Source: Terracidiphilus sp.
Lineage (GTDB): Bacteria > Acidobacteriota > Terriglobia > Terriglobales > Acidobacteriaceae
Length of the DNA stretch: 53,311 nucleotides
Direction: 5' to 3'
Assembly: GCA_050014135.1 (NCBI GenBank)
Contig: JBEKDX010000001.1
Coordinates: 1-53,311, forward strand
In this document: in pieces, positions 19,717-30,233 of the stretch
How positions within the stretch are numbered: the stretch's first letter is position 1
Layout of the letters: each line of letters opens with the position of its first letter
The notes under the pieces: generated by a model
The model's database searches: none
What the model was told of the DNA's origin: nothing
The model's input: only the letters and a program-made list of their open reading frames with translations
Program-made: the position numbers and the translations under genes

Positions 19717-22020
19717 ATGCGGCCCAGAGCCAGAACCTCCCGAATTGCATATTCCGGGCCGGTCAAGTACAGCATCATTGTTGCGGTGCTTGGGGTGATC
19801 GGGTTATTAGTGATCGTGCAGTGGACTGCTTATACAGTACGAAACTATATCCGGGTTGCATCCCAGTCTGTTTTTCCCGCGGCGCTGAGCGTTCAAAGCG
19901 CAAACACGGCCTTTGAAAAAATGAATCACGAATATAGCAACGCCGTTTTGATGCAGGATAGTACGGCGCTTGCCGACGCTGCCCGAGAGGCTTCCCTCAT
20001 TGAATTGTCAATGGGAAGAGCTAGCGTGTCGATGGAATTCAACCCCATGCGCCATGAACAGATTGTTACCTTGACGCGTCGGGTTGCCGGTCTGCAAGCG
20101 CGGTCCCGCATCTTGTACGCGGCAGCTACACAGACCAACGCCATAGTGCCGCAACAGAACGATCTGGCGGATTTAACGCGAGAGAATCAATCGGTTGGAA
20201 GAGCATTGGATGCATTGCAGAGCGACTTGGCGGGCGACTTCAGGGACGACCTTGCCTTGATTGATAAGCTGCAAATGATTCAGGGAATGCTGCAGGCTCT
20301 GGTGCTTGGCGGGGTAATCTTCGCTCTGTATTTTGGCGTTCGCTCATATATTAGCGCTACGGTACGGCAGCGGGAAGATGAGGTTTTGCGTCAGACTCAT
20401 GCGGAGTTGGAGGCCGAGCGGAGAATCTTGCGCGCGCTGATCGACAACATTCCGGATTTCATGTATGTGAAAGACGCCGAGGGCCGGTTTGTGGTGGCCA
20501 ATGCTTCGCTGGCAAGCGTCGTTGGGTTGGAAACGCCGGAAGCGATGCTGGGAAAAACCGACTTTGACTTTTTCCCGCCGGAGTTGGCCCAGGCCTTCTA
20601 TGAAGACGAGCAGAGCGTGAAGCGCACAGGGCAGCTCCAGAGTTGGGAACGGCATCTGACCGGCCGGGCGGGAAATGTAGTTCATTATGTGACGACAAAA
20701 GTGCCGCTGCGCGACAGCCAAGGCAGTGTCACGGGCCTAGCCGGCATTGGTCACGATATCAGCAAACGCAAACGGATGGAGAGTGAACTCCGCGAGGCTG
20801 AACTCAAGTATCGCGGGATATTCGACAAAGCCATCGTCGGCATCTTTCAATGCACGCCGGAGGGCCGCTTCCTGAATGTGAATCCCGCCATGGCCTTCAA
20901 CCTGGGTTACAATTCCCCGGATGAGATGGTCGCCAGTATCGTCGATATTGTGCGGCAGTTTTTTGTCAACCGCAAGCGCGGCGTGGAGTTCATGCTGGTG
21001 ATGGACAAAGTCGGCGGCGTAAAGAACTTCGAGTGCGAAGTCTATCAGAAAGACGGCTGCAAGAAATGGTTCACGATGAGCATCCGCGCCATTCGCGAGA
21101 ACGGGGTGGTGGTTCGCTATGAAGGAATGTGCGAGGACATCACCGAGCGGAACCTGCTGCGGGAACAGCTTCTTCAGGCGCAGAAGCTGGAATCGGTGGG
21201 TCAGCTTGCCGCGGGAATTGCCCATGAAATCAATACTCCGACGCAGTACATCGGAGACAACGTGCGCTTCCTCAAGGACGCCTTCGAGGACCTGAAGAGC
21301 CTGTTGGTGAATTATGAGCGGCTGATGCTGGCGGCCAAAGACAATATCGTCTATCGCGATGCGATTCAGGATATCGAGGCGGTGGCGCAACGCGCGGACT
21401 CGGTCTATCTTCTGGAGGAAATTCCCACGGCCATCGACCAGACGCTGGAGGGCGTGGCCCGCGTCACGGCGTTGGTAAGCGCAATGAAAGAGTTCTCCCA
21501 TCCAGATACAAAAGAAAAGGTGCTTGTCGACTTGAACCGCGCCATAGCCAGCACCATTACCGTGGCGCGAAGCGAGTGGAAGTACGTAGCCGACATGGAA
21601 ACAGAATTCGATCCGGCTCTGCCGCTGGTCTCTTGCCTGCCGGGGGAATTCAACCAGGTGATTTTGAATTTGATTGTCAATGCCGCTCATGCCATCGCCG
21701 AAGTAACAAATAAAGAAGGTTCGGGAAAAGGCAAGATCAAAGTGCAGACACGGCATTGTCTGGAGTGGGCCGAAATTCGCTTACAGGACTCGGGTTCGGG
21801 CATCCCCGGCAATATTCGCGCGCGCATCTTCGACCCCTTCTTCACTACCAAGGAAATCGGCAAGGGAACCGGACAGGGATTGACCATTGCGCGCTCGATT
21901 GTGGTTGACAAGCACGGTGGAACCATCCACTTTGAAAGCGAGGAAGGGAAGGGCACGACCTTTATCATTCGCCTTCCTTACAATGGCAAGGCACTTGCGG
22001 CCAAGGCGGTGGCCGCGTGA
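19717..22020 (+). CDS. Membrane sensor histidine kinase with two PAS domains
   Basis: Two TM segments; PAS (LIDNIPD...GKTDFDFFP; IFDKAIVGIF); H-box LAAGIAHEINTP; DSGSGI, FDPFFTTK, GTGQGL. Confidence 0.93.
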   Translation: MRPRARTSRIAYSGPVKYSIIVAVLGVIGLLVIVQWTAYTVRNYIRVASQSVFPAALSVQSANTAFEKMNHEYSNAVLMQDSTALADAAREASLIELSMGRASVSMEFNPMRHEQIVTLTRRVAGLQARSRILYAAATQTNAIVPQQNDLADLTRENQSVGRALDALQSDLAGDFRDDLALIDKLQMIQGMLQALVLGGVIFALYFGVRSYISATVRQREDEVLRQTHAELEAERRILRALIDNIPDFMYVKDAEGRFVVANASLASVVGLETPEAMLGKTDFDFFPPELAQAFYEDEQSVKRTGQLQSWERHLTGRAGNVVHYVTTKVPLRDSQGSVTGLAGIGHDISKRKRMESELREAELKYRGIFDKAIVGIFQCTPEGRFLNVNPAMAFNLGYNSPDEMVASIVDIVRQFFVNRKRGVEFMLVMDKVGGVKNFECEVYQKDGCKKWFTMSIRAIRENGVVVRYEGMCEDITERNLLREQLLQAQKLESVGQLAAGIAHEINTPTQYIGDNVRFLKDAFEDLKSLLVNYERLMLAAKDNIVYRDAIQDIEAVAQRADSVYLLEEIPTAIDQTLEGVARVTALVSAMKEFSHPDTKEKVLVDLNRAIASTITVARSEWKYVADMETEFDPALPLVSCLPGEFNQVILNLIVNAAHAIAEVTNKEGSGKGKIKVQTRHCLEWAEIRLQDSGSGIPGNIRARIFDPFFTTKEIGKGTGQGLTIARSIVVDKHGGTIHFESEEGKGTTFIIRLPYNGKALAAKAVAA

Positions 22021-23996
22021 CGCAATTTTTGTTCAAGAAGGATTACGGCAGCCGGCAGATCCAACCGCTTTCCTCGAGCTCCGGGTTCTTTGCACGCCAG
22101 GTTACGGCCCGATTGATATTGGCATTCAGCCTCCTTGCCTCCCTGCTGATAATTGCCGGCGATCTAGGGCTGCGCCGCATGGATCGCATCAATGCAGAGT
22201 TGCAGGATACGCTGACCACGCAGTGGACCAAGCTGCGCCTGTCCAGGGAAACAGAGGCGTATTCCAATCGCAATAGCCGGATCATGATGCAAGTGTTTTT
22301 GCTCAAAGATAGAAAACAAATTGAAATGCTGCTATCGGAGCGGAAAGAAAACTCCAAAAAAGTGACAACCTTGATAGCCGAACTCAAGGACCTTTGCGAA
22401 TCTCAGGAAGAGAAACGCTTACTGGTTGCTGTCGAACAGTCAAGAGGACTCTATATCGACAGTTATTTACGCGCTTTGCACTTGTTGATTGATGCAGGAA
22501 ATGGCGAAGCCGCCGCGATCGTCATGACTCAGCAGACCACTCCGGCATTGCTGCGTTATCACGCTGCCTGGGACGAGTTTGCGCGCTTCCAGACAGACCA
22601 GATGGATATGCATGTAAGGCGGAGCAGGGCGCATTACAGCGCGGCTCGCCAGATGGCTTTGTTCATCATCATGATAGCGGTAATCGTACCTTGCGTGATA
22701 GCCCTCTTCGCCATCAGACGGATGGTGCGAGAGATTACCACCTGCCTGTGCAGCGAGAAGGAAACGCTGGGTGCGGCGCATCAGGGGGCGGAGGTATTTA
22801 TAAACGCCGTGCCGTCGATCCTGATTGGTTTGGGCCAGGACTTGAGCATCACCCGCTGGAACCGAGCGGCCGCCGAAACCTTTGGCTTATCCGCGGACGT
22901 AGTGGTGGGAAAACAATTGGCGGACTGCGGAATCCAATGGCTGCGGCCTGATATGCACACCGAGATCCAATCCTGGGCTTCTGAACAGGGCAGCCGGCGG
23001 TGCGAGCCGCTTCCGTTCGAGATGAACGATGGAACACATCTGCTGGGAATGACGATCACGCCGATTCAGGTGAAGGACGAATACCGGACCAAATTGCTGG
23101 TGATCGGTACTGACACCACGAACCGGAGCGTTTTGGAAGAACGGCTTCGCCAGGCCGAGAAGCTCGAATCAATCGGTCAGCTTGCCGCTGGAATTGCGCA
23201 CGAGATCAATACGCCGACGCAGTACATCGGCGACAATGTGCGCTTTTTGAAAGATGCTTTTCAAGAACTGAACAGCCTGGTGGCAAACTACGACCGGCTC
23301 TTGCAGGCGGCCAAGGTCGATGCCGTTTCCAGCGAAATCGTGGAAGAGGTATCGGCGGCGATCACGCGAGTGGATGTTGCCTACTTGAGCGAAGAGGTTC
23401 CCAAGGCCATCGACCAGTCGCTCGAAGGCGTGGCCCGGGTTGCCAAGCTGGTGGGCGCGATGAGGGATTTCTCCCATCCGGACACGAAAGAAAAGATTCC
23501 ACTGGACTTGAACCACGCGATTGACAGCACGATTACGGTGGCAAGAAATGAGTGGAAATACGTCTCAGACGTGGAGACCGAATTCGACCCGTCGCTGCCT
23601 CCGCTCTCTTGCCTGCCGGGTGAATTCAACCAGGTGATTCTGAACCTGATTGTCAATGCCGCTCATGCCATCGGTGATGTGGTCAAAAAGGAAAACAAGG
23701 GGAAAGGCAAAATCAAGGTGCAGACTCGCAATTGCGCCGATTGGGTTGAAATCCGCATCCAGGATACGGGTTCCGGCATTCCTGAAAAGATTCGCGCGCG
23801 CATCTTCGATCCATTTTTCACCACCAAGGAGATCGGCAAGGGAACCGGACAAGGCTTGTCGATTGCACGCTCGGTCATTGTAGACAAGCACGGTGGAACC
23901 ATTCATTTTGAAAGCGAGGAAGGCAAGGGCACCACCTTCATCATTCGCCTTCCATTCAACGGCAAGGCTCTAACCATTCAGGCGGAGGCCGCATGA
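22017..23996 (+). CDS. Sensor histidine kinase with four-helix-bundle (MCP-like) periplasmic domain and PAS
   Basis: RLILAFSLL TM, helical periplasmic domain, PAS (FINAVPSILIG...WNRAA), same H-box and ATPase motifs. GTGA overlap. Confidence 0.92.
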   Translation: MTQFLFKKDYGSRQIQPLSSSSGFFARQVTARLILAFSLLASLLIIAGDLGLRRMDRINAELQDTLTTQWTKLRLSRETEAYSNRNSRIMMQVFLLKDRKQIEMLLSERKENSKKVTTLIAELKDLCESQEEKRLLVAVEQSRGLYIDSYLRALHLLIDAGNGEAAAIVMTQQTTPALLRYHAAWDEFARFQTDQMDMHVRRSRAHYSAARQMALFIIMIAVIVPCVIALFAIRRMVREITTCLCSEKETLGAAHQGAEVFINAVPSILIGLGQDLSITRWNRAAAETFGLSADVVVGKQLADCGIQWLRPDMHTEIQSWASEQGSRRCEPLPFEMNDGTHLLGMTITPIQVKDEYRTKLLVIGTDTTNRSVLEERLRQAEKLESIGQLAAGIAHEINTPTQYIGDNVRFLKDAFQELNSLVANYDRLLQAAKVDAVSSEIVEEVSAAITRVDVAYLSEEVPKAIDQSLEGVARVAKLVGAMRDFSHPDTKEKIPLDLNHAIDSTITVARNEWKYVSDVETEFDPSLPPLSCLPGEFNQVILNLIVNAAHAIGDVVKKENKGKGKIKVQTRNCADWVEIRIQDTGSGIPEKIRARIFDPFFTTKEIGKGTGQGLSIARSVIVDKHGGTIHFESEEGKGTTFIIRLPFNGKALTIQAEAA

Positions 23997-25189
23997 AACG
24001 CATCTTGTTTGTGGATGATGAAATCAAGATTCTCGATGGCATCCGGCGTATGCTTTACGCGGATCGGAATCGCTGGGAGATGCAGTTTGCGCTGGGCGGG
24101 CTGGCTGCTCTGGAAGCCTGCGATGCCGGCAGCTTCGACGTCGTTATCTCTGATATGCGAATGCCGGGGATGGACGGGGCCACGCTGCTGGGCCACATTC
24201 GCGACCGCTATCCCAATACCGCGCGGATTATTCTCTCCGGCTATTCCGAAGCCGCGCTGGCCATACGCGCGGTTCCCGTGGCGCACCGGTTTCTGGCCAA
24301 GCCATGCAGCACGGACGAACTGAGATCGACGATCGAACGGGTCTGCTCGCTGCAGGAGATGCTCAACTCGCCGGAGATTCGCCGGTTGATTGGGGCCGTC
24401 GGTGAATTGCCGTCCCTCTCGATGACATATGTGACGCTCACAAAAACCGTGAGTGATCCCGACGCTCCGGTCGAGAGAGTGGCGGAGATCATCGAGCAGG
24501 ACGTAGCCATGTCGGCGAAGGTTTTGCAACTAGTCAACAGTGCATTTTTCGGGTTAGCGCAGAAGGTCAGCAGTTTGCAAAACGCTGTCTCCTATCTTGG
24601 GATGGAAACCATCAAGAACCTGGCTTTGGCCTCCGAGGCTTTCCGGGTATTCAAGCCGGGGGCGCGCGTTCCGCAGTCGGTTTGCGAATCGATGCAGCGC
24701 CATGCGAACCGCGTGGCCGCCATAGCCGGAGCGCTTCCTCTGGATCCAAAAACTCGCGAGATTACCGTGGTCTCAGCGCTGCTTCACGACACCGGCAGCC
24801 TGATCCTGGCGAGCTTGATGCCTGAGCAGTTCTGCGTCGCGCACGCGCTGGCAGCCGAACGCGGGTGCAAGCTGTTCGAGGCGGAAGAGGAGTTGCTGGG
24901 AACCTCGCACGCGGAGATCGGCGCTTACCTTCTGGGGTTGTGGGGCATCCCCAACATCGCCGTCGAGGCGATTGCCTTTCACCACCATCCCACGCGCATT
25001 CCACACGCCGGCCTTGATTGCTCGACGGTTGTCTATCTCGCTAATCTTCTGGACCACGAGCTGGAAGCTCATCCGCAGGATTCAACAGGCAAAAGAATCG
25101 CGGAGCGTGACCGGGTCTGCCTGGAGGAGCTGGGAGTTATGCCCAGGTTTGCCGAATTCCGCGAGTTTGCCAAGCAAAGTTGTAACTGA
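23993..25189 (+). CDS. Response regulator, REC + HDOD domain
   Basis: MKRILFVDDE, SDMRMPGMDG; LPSL, DVAMSAKVLQLVNSAFFG, LLHDTG, HAEIGAYLLGLWG. Confidence 0.93.
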   Translation: MKRILFVDDEIKILDGIRRMLYADRNRWEMQFALGGLAALEACDAGSFDVVISDMRMPGMDGATLLGHIRDRYPNTARIILSGYSEAALAIRAVPVAHRFLAKPCSTDELRSTIERVCSLQEMLNSPEIRRLIGAVGELPSLSMTYVTLTKTVSDPDAPVERVAEIIEQDVAMSAKVLQLVNSAFFGLAQKVSSLQNAVSYLGMETIKNLALASEAFRVFKPGARVPQSVCESMQRHANRVAAIAGALPLDPKTREITVVSALLHDTGSLILASLMPEQFCVAHALAAERGCKLFEAEEELLGTSHAEIGAYLLGLWGIPNIAVEAIAFHHHPTRIPHAGLDCSTVVYLANLLDHELEAHPQDSTGKRIAERDRVCLEELGVMPRFAEFREFAKQSCN

Positions 25190-25227
25190 GATAGCGCGGA
25201 CGAGTTACAAATAGTAATCACCGTTGA

Positions 25228-25932
25228 CTAACTGTTCGCACTGCCCGCGTGTGCGGCCTTCGCCGGCATCACCGCGCGCAGCGGCATCATCGGCGGCGCC
25301 TGGAGCATGGTGACAATAATTGCCGAGGCCGGTTTCTTGCCTGCGCATTGGTAGGAGTGCGGCGTGCTGGAATCAAAGTACAGCGCGTCGCCCTGGCACA
25401 GCACACACTCCTGATCGCCGTGGCGAATGCCCAGCTCGCCCTCGAGTACATAGAGAAACTCGAAGCCCGCGTGCATATGTGCGCTGGCTTCAATCTCTTT
25501 GGACTGCGGCATGAACTCGGCAAAGTATGGGTCCATGTGCCGGTCGGGAACCATGTAACCCAGGCTCTCGAAGTAGTAAGCGGGAAACTCGACCCCGGTC
25601 TGCGGCAGCCGCACCCGCTCCTTGCGCCGGTGAATCCGGAAGACCGCGGCGGCGTCGCTCTCGAAAAAATACGAAAGGTCCTTGGAAAAGACCATCGCGA
25701 TCCGCGCCAGGTTGCGCAAGGTGGGCACCACGCGGCCCGTTTCCAACTGGGACAAAAAGCTGGCGGACAGCCCGGTGTGCCGGCCCAGCTCGACCAGTCC
25801 CATGGATTTTTTCAGACGCAGCCTCTTGATGCGTTCGCCGATGCGCTTGTCGGCAATAAAGCGCGCCGTGGTCTCCGCGTCCACCTGTGATTTTTGCGTT
25901 TCTTCGCTCTTGACCACCGCCAACTCGCCCAT
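25228..25932 (-). CDS. XRE-family HTH regulator with cupin domain
   Basis: IGERIKRLR...[13 protein letters not shown]; [12 protein letters not shown]...[17 protein letters not shown] before ATG 25932. Confidence 0.92.
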   Translation of the reverse strand: MGELAVVKSEETQKSQVDAETTARFIADKRIGERIKRLRLKKSMGLVELGRHTGLSASFLSQLETGRVVPTLRNLARIAMVFSKDLSYFFESDAAAVFRIHRRKERVRLPQTGVEFPAYYFESLGYMVPDRHMDPYFAEFMPQSKEIEASAHMHAGFEFLYVLEGELGIRHGDQECVLCQGDALYFDSSTPHSYQCAGKKPASAIIVTMLQAPPMMPLRAVMPAKAAHAGSANS

Positions 25933-26120
25933 ATGCCCTCCAGTTGGCACGCAAACCCGCAGCACTCTGGGGAAATGTTGCGCGCATCAAAAACAATTCC
26001 TATGCTACTAAAGTCTCACGTTCCTCGCAATCTCTATTCCTTGGGTCAATTGGCAAGCATCCCGAGTCCCGTACGCGCTATCCTAATGAGTCCGGCCAAA
26101 CGGCCAGCCGAGGGATGCCC

Positions 26121-27533
26121 ATGCCCGAAGACCCAATCACTCCTGCGGCGCAAGCCGCGTCTGCCGCACCGATAGTGCCGTCAGCCCCACCGCAGGCGCC
26201 TATTGTGATGCAGGTGCCCGTCGCCACCATTGCCACCCTCGGCCAGCACGAAGGCCAATCCGTCATCCTGCGCGGATGGCTCTACAACCTGCGCGAGAGC
26301 GGCAAGCTGCTCTTCCCCATCTTTCGCGACGGCACCGGAACCATCCAGGGCGTTGCTCACGTCAAGAGCGTTCCGGCGGAGGTCTTCGAGGCGCTCAAGG
26401 GGCTCACGCAGGAGTCCTCGGTCATCGTTACCGGCAAAGTCCGCGCCGACAAACGCGCCCCCGGCGGCTTCGAGTTGGATGTCGAAGGCCTTGAAGTGAT
26501 CCAGAGAGTCCCCGAATCCGACCCTTATCCGATCACCCTCAAGGAGCATGGCGTCGATTTCCTGATGGAGCATCGCCATCTCTGGGTGCGCTCTCCGCGC
26601 CAGTCGGCCATTCTGCGCATTCGCGCCGAAATCATGAGAGCGGCGGCCGAGTACTTTGACAGCAACGGATTTGTCAGGACCGATCCGCCGATTCTCACTC
26701 CCGCGGCCTGCGAGGGCACGTCAACTCTCTTTCCAGTGGACTACTTCGGCGACCCGGCTTATCTGACTCAATCCGGCCAGCTTTATATCGAATCCACCGC
26801 ATTGGCCTTGGGCAAGGTCTACAGCTTCGGCCCCACCTTCCGCGCGGAAAAATCCAAGACGCGCCGTCACCTGACCGAGTTCTGGATGATCGAGCCGGAG
26901 GTCGCCTTTCTCGATCTCGACGGCTTGCTGGAGCTGGCGGAAAACTTTCTATCGCATATTGTTCAGAGCGTGCTGAAGAATCGCGCCCCGGAGCTTACAG
27001 TCATTGGCCGCGATCCGGCCAAGCTCGCCTCCATCTGCCCGCCCTTTCCGCGCCTCACTTACGACAAGGCCGTCGAGATGCTCAACCAGGCCCACCAGGA
27101 CGGCCTTCTCGATGCGCCGTTTGAATACGGAAACGACTTCGGCTCGCCGGACGAGACCTGGCTCAGCAGTCAATTCAATCGCCCCGTGATGGTCCACCGC
27201 TATCCCGCCGACGTGAAGGCTTTCTATATGGAGCCGGACTCCAAAGACGCGCGCCTCGCCCTGTGCGTCGATGTGCTCGCCCCCGAAGGCTACGGAGAAA
27301 TCATCGGCGGCTCGCAGCGCGTCTCCAGCTTCGAACTACTGAACGCCCGCATTGAGCAGCACAACCTGCCCAAGGAAGCCTTCCAGTGGTATCTGGACCT
27401 GCGCCGCTACGGCTCGGTTCCGCACTCGGGCTTCGGCATGGGCATCGAGCGCGCGGTCGCCTGGATTTGCGGCCTGGATCACGTTCGCGAGACAATCCCC
27501 TTCGCGCGCACGCTGCATCGCATCTACCCGTAG
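26121..27533 (+). CDS. asnS: Asparagine--tRNA ligase
   Basis: OB fold ([15 protein letters not shown]), [60 protein letters not shown]. Confidence 0.95.
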   Translation: MPEDPITPAAQAASAAPIVPSAPPQAPIVMQVPVATIATLGQHEGQSVILRGWLYNLRESGKLLFPIFRDGTGTIQGVAHVKSVPAEVFEALKGLTQESSVIVTGKVRADKRAPGGFELDVEGLEVIQRVPESDPYPITLKEHGVDFLMEHRHLWVRSPRQSAILRIRAEIMRAAAEYFDSNGFVRTDPPILTPAACEGTSTLFPVDYFGDPAYLTQSGQLYIESTALALGKVYSFGPTFRAEKSKTRRHLTEFWMIEPEVAFLDLDGLLELAENFLSHIVQSVLKNRAPELTVIGRDPAKLASICPPFPRLTYDKAVEMLNQAHQDGLLDAPFEYGNDFGSPDETWLSSQFNRPVMVHRYPADVKAFYMEPDSKDARLALCVDVLAPEGYGEIIGGSQRVSSFELLNARIEQHNLPKEAFQWYLDLRRYGSVPHSGFGMGIERAVAWICGLDHVRETIPFARTLHRIYP

Positions 27534-27549
27534 ATTCTCTGGGCATTGA

Positions 27550-27575
27550 AAGGGCGCGGATTTGACCGCGCCCTT
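27550..27575. repeat. Hairpin resembling family A palindromes; possible terminator after asnS
   Basis: aagggcgcgg-atttga-ccgcgccctt, a perfect 10-bp stem. Same layout as 37359-37384. Confidence 0.65.
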
Positions 27576-27720
27576 ACCTCTATTGAACACCAGTTCATTC
27601 ACCGGCCCGCCTAATGAAGTTCGATTTGCTCGAATCCGGCCCTTCCCGTCTAAACAGGAATCCTTCCCGCCGTGCACGGAATCAACTAGGGAGTTGATTC
27701 CTTTTCACGGAGTTGTCCCC

Positions 27721-28344
27721 ATGACCCTATCCGCTGTTGAAGTCAATACATTGAAGCAAGCGCCCGCGGTCGATGGCGTGTTGCCGGTGGTGTTAAGCCG
27801 CTGGAGTACGCGCACCTTTGCTGACCGCGACGTCAGCTCCGCCGACCTCCGCAAGGCCTTCGAAGCAGCTCGCTGGGCAGCTTCGTCCTACAACGAACAG
27901 CCTTGGCGCTTTTTGATAGGAAAGCGCAACTCCTCGACCCACAAAAAGATATTGTCCACGCTGATCGGCTTCAATCAAAGCTGGGCGGGCGCAGCGCCGG
28001 TATTGATTCTGGGCGTTGCGAGCAGTAAATTCGCGCACAACGGCACACCCAACGGCTACGCACTCTACGATCTAGGCGCTGCCGCCGCCACATTCTGCCT
28101 GCAAGCCGCCGCGCTGGGGCTAAAGACTCACTCGATGGCTGGCTTTGACCAAGCCGCCGCCCGTGAGGCGTTTGGTATTCCCGAAGATTACCTGATTGGC
28201 GCAGCGATTGCGCTGGGCTACCAGGGCGAACCCTCCGCTTTGGGCGACGAGCATCTTCGGGAGCTGGAAACCAGCCCTCGAAGCCGGAAGGAGTTGAACG
28301 AGTTTGTGTTGTCCGCCTGGGGCGAGCCGGCGAATCTGAGCTGA
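27721..28344 (+). CDS. Nitroreductase family protein
   Basis: SRWSTRTF, EAARWAASSYNEQPWRF, YDLGAA, HSMAGFD, IALGY. GGAG before ATG 27721. Confidence 0.92.
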   Translation: MTLSAVEVNTLKQAPAVDGVLPVVLSRWSTRTFADRDVSSADLRKAFEAARWAASSYNEQPWRFLIGKRNSSTHKKILSTLIGFNQSWAGAAPVLILGVASSKFAHNGTPNGYALYDLGAAAATFCLQAAALGLKTHSMAGFDQAAAREAFGIPEDYLIGAAIALGYQGEPSALGDEHLRELETSPRSRKELNEFVLSAWGEPANLS

Positions 28345-28394
28345 GTCCGGCGACTTCCTCGCCCATTTCCATGGCTTCCGCGATAGAGTGATAG

Positions 28395-29117
28395 TTGAGG
28401 ATTTCCTTGTCCAACGTCCGCTCGATCCGACAAGCGCCTGTTCGCCGGCTCAGCCACCGGCGCGTTCCCTCGCGGCGACGGCGGCTGGGCTGGCGAGGCT
28501 GGTTGATACTGGCCGTCATCTTGTTGATTCCTTGTTTGTTGGGTATAGGCGCGATTGCGCGGCTGCTGGCTCCCGCCGCGAACACTACGCTCGCCCGCTT
28601 TGACGTCATCATTGTGCTGGGCTCTCCGGCAGACAGTGACGGGAACCCCACGCCGGAGCAGTTGGCCCGCGTCACCGAAGCGGTGCATGAGTACGAGCTG
28701 GGCGTTGCGCCCCGGCTGATTCTGACCGGGGGAGCGGCGCACAACAACTATGTCGAGGCGCGGGTGATGGCGCGAACCGCGCACGCGCAGGGCATTCCCA
28801 ACTCTGCCCTTTACGTCGAGCCGCAGGCCCTGGATACGATCCAGAACGCCTGTTACTCTGCACGGATCATGAAGACACACGGCTGGCGATCGGCCGAAGT
28901 GGTTTCGAGCGCCAGCCATCTGCCCCGCGCTGGCCTCATCTTCAGCGAACTGCCGATCTTGTGGCGCACTCACGCCGCACCACAGCTGGAGCCGCAGCCG
29001 GCTGCTTACCCTTGGGGTGCGGCAACCGTCGAAGAGATGAAAACAGTTCGCTACCTGGTTTGGGCGCGCTGGTTCGACCATTGTGAACCATCTGCGGTGG
29101 GGTCAACTGCTCGCTAG
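28395..29117 (+). CDS. YdcF/DUF218 family protein
   Basis: DVIIVLG, LILTGG, EARVM, DTIQNA, VVSSASHLPRA. Start uncertain. Confidence 0.87.
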   Translation: MRISLSNVRSIRQAPVRRLSHRRVPSRRRRLGWRGWLILAVILLIPCLLGIGAIARLLAPAANTTLARFDVIIVLGSPADSDGNPTPEQLARVTEAVHEYELGVAPRLILTGGAAHNNYVEARVMARTAHAQGIPNSALYVEPQALDTIQNACYSARIMKTHGWRSAEVVSSASHLPRAGLIFSELPILWRTHAAPQLEPQPAAYPWGAATVEEMKTVRYLVWARWFDHCEPSAVGSTAR

Positions 29118-29208
29118 TCGCTCGCAACCACCTGCGGTGGGCCTGCGAGGCATAAGTTTCTCAGCCGGCGTTGTACCCCGCTGGTATCGTCCTGTAAGCT
29201 GGAATACG

Positions 29209-29925
29209 ATGCGTCTAACAGTCAGATTTACCGCCTCTCTTGCTGCCGTAGCCTTTTTGGCTCTTTCTTTCGGAGTTCGCGCCCAGGCGCAGAGCACCGC
29301 CTCTCCGACCGCTGGCAATGGCACCTACATCGCCATCGATCCGCTGGCCAATGTGCGTTATGACAACCGCTTTGATCTTTCTCTGGGCCTGGCCTACGAC
29401 CACATGAAGGCCGGACCGGAGCTGCACCAAGGGGCCAACCTGGGCGGCCTCGATCTTTCCGGTTCGTACTGGTTCGCCAAGCACTGGGCGGCCGAAGGTT
29501 CAGGCCGTTACTACCTAGGCACCAGCGGCGCCGCTCCTAATCACTACAGCATCGACGGACCATTCGTCAGCGAGTTCTTCTTTGCAGCGGGTCCGGAGTG
29601 GCTGGGACCGCACAACAAGCACGGCGCGCTGAGCGCTCATGCGCTGTTTGGCGGCGTCTATGGCAACTTCCAGCAGGATCTGCGCGGACAAGCGCCGTCA
29701 GTGGTGGGCTTCTACAACAACCAGGTTGCACCGGCGGCGATCATCGGCGGCCACATGGACCTGAACCGCTCGCCGCATTGGGTCTTCCGCGTGAACCCTG
29801 ATGCGGTGATCACGCGCTACAGCACCAATTACGCTTCCAGCGTCTACGTCCCTGCGGGCAGATTCACCGATGTCAACTTCGCCATCTCGGTAGGGATCGA
29901 GTACAAGTTCCAGAAAAAGCGCTAG
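29209..29925 (+). CDS. Putative outer-membrane beta-barrel protein
   Basis: Signal peptide (AQA), alternating beta-strand pattern, C-terminal SVGIEYKF. Start moved to ATG 29209. Confidence 0.65.
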   Translation: MRLTVRFTASLAAVAFLALSFGVRAQAQSTASPTAGNGTYIAIDPLANVRYDNRFDLSLGLAYDHMKAGPELHQGANLGGLDLSGSYWFAKHWAAEGSGRYYLGTSGAAPNHYSIDGPFVSEFFFAAGPEWLGPHNKHGALSAHALFGGVYGNFQQDLRGQAPSVVGFYNNQVAPAAIIGGHMDLNRSPHWVFRVNPDAVITRYSTNYASSVYVPAGRFTDVNFAISVGIEYKFQKKR

Positions 29926-29961
29926 AAGACCTCCGCACTCAAACGGCGACGTTCCCAAAAC

Positions 29962-29996
29962 GGGTCCCCAGCGACAGGTCTATATTGCCGGGGCGG
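29962..29996. repeat. Family C palindromic element, intergenic copy
   Basis: gggtccccagcgacaggtctatattgccggggcgg resembles the reverse complement of 32887-32920 (gggttcccggcgacaggtcttggtcgctggggtg). Confidence 0.72.
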
Positions 29997-30233
29997 AAAT
30001 CCGGAGTCACCGCGACCAAGAAATGTCGTCGGCGGCTCCGGCTTTGTCTTTGCGGCAACTATCATCGATAGAGTGAAGTGGACTGCCAACTTCGGTTGTA
30101 TGTGATATTCTCCACCAACCGGGAGCGCCTCTGGAAAAATGAGCTACCGGAAAGTGTTCTGTCTTGGCAGAGGCTTCGGTTCAGGCTGAAGCATGGCAGG
30201 CGGGACGCAGCGCAAAGGCAAGGTTCAATCGTT

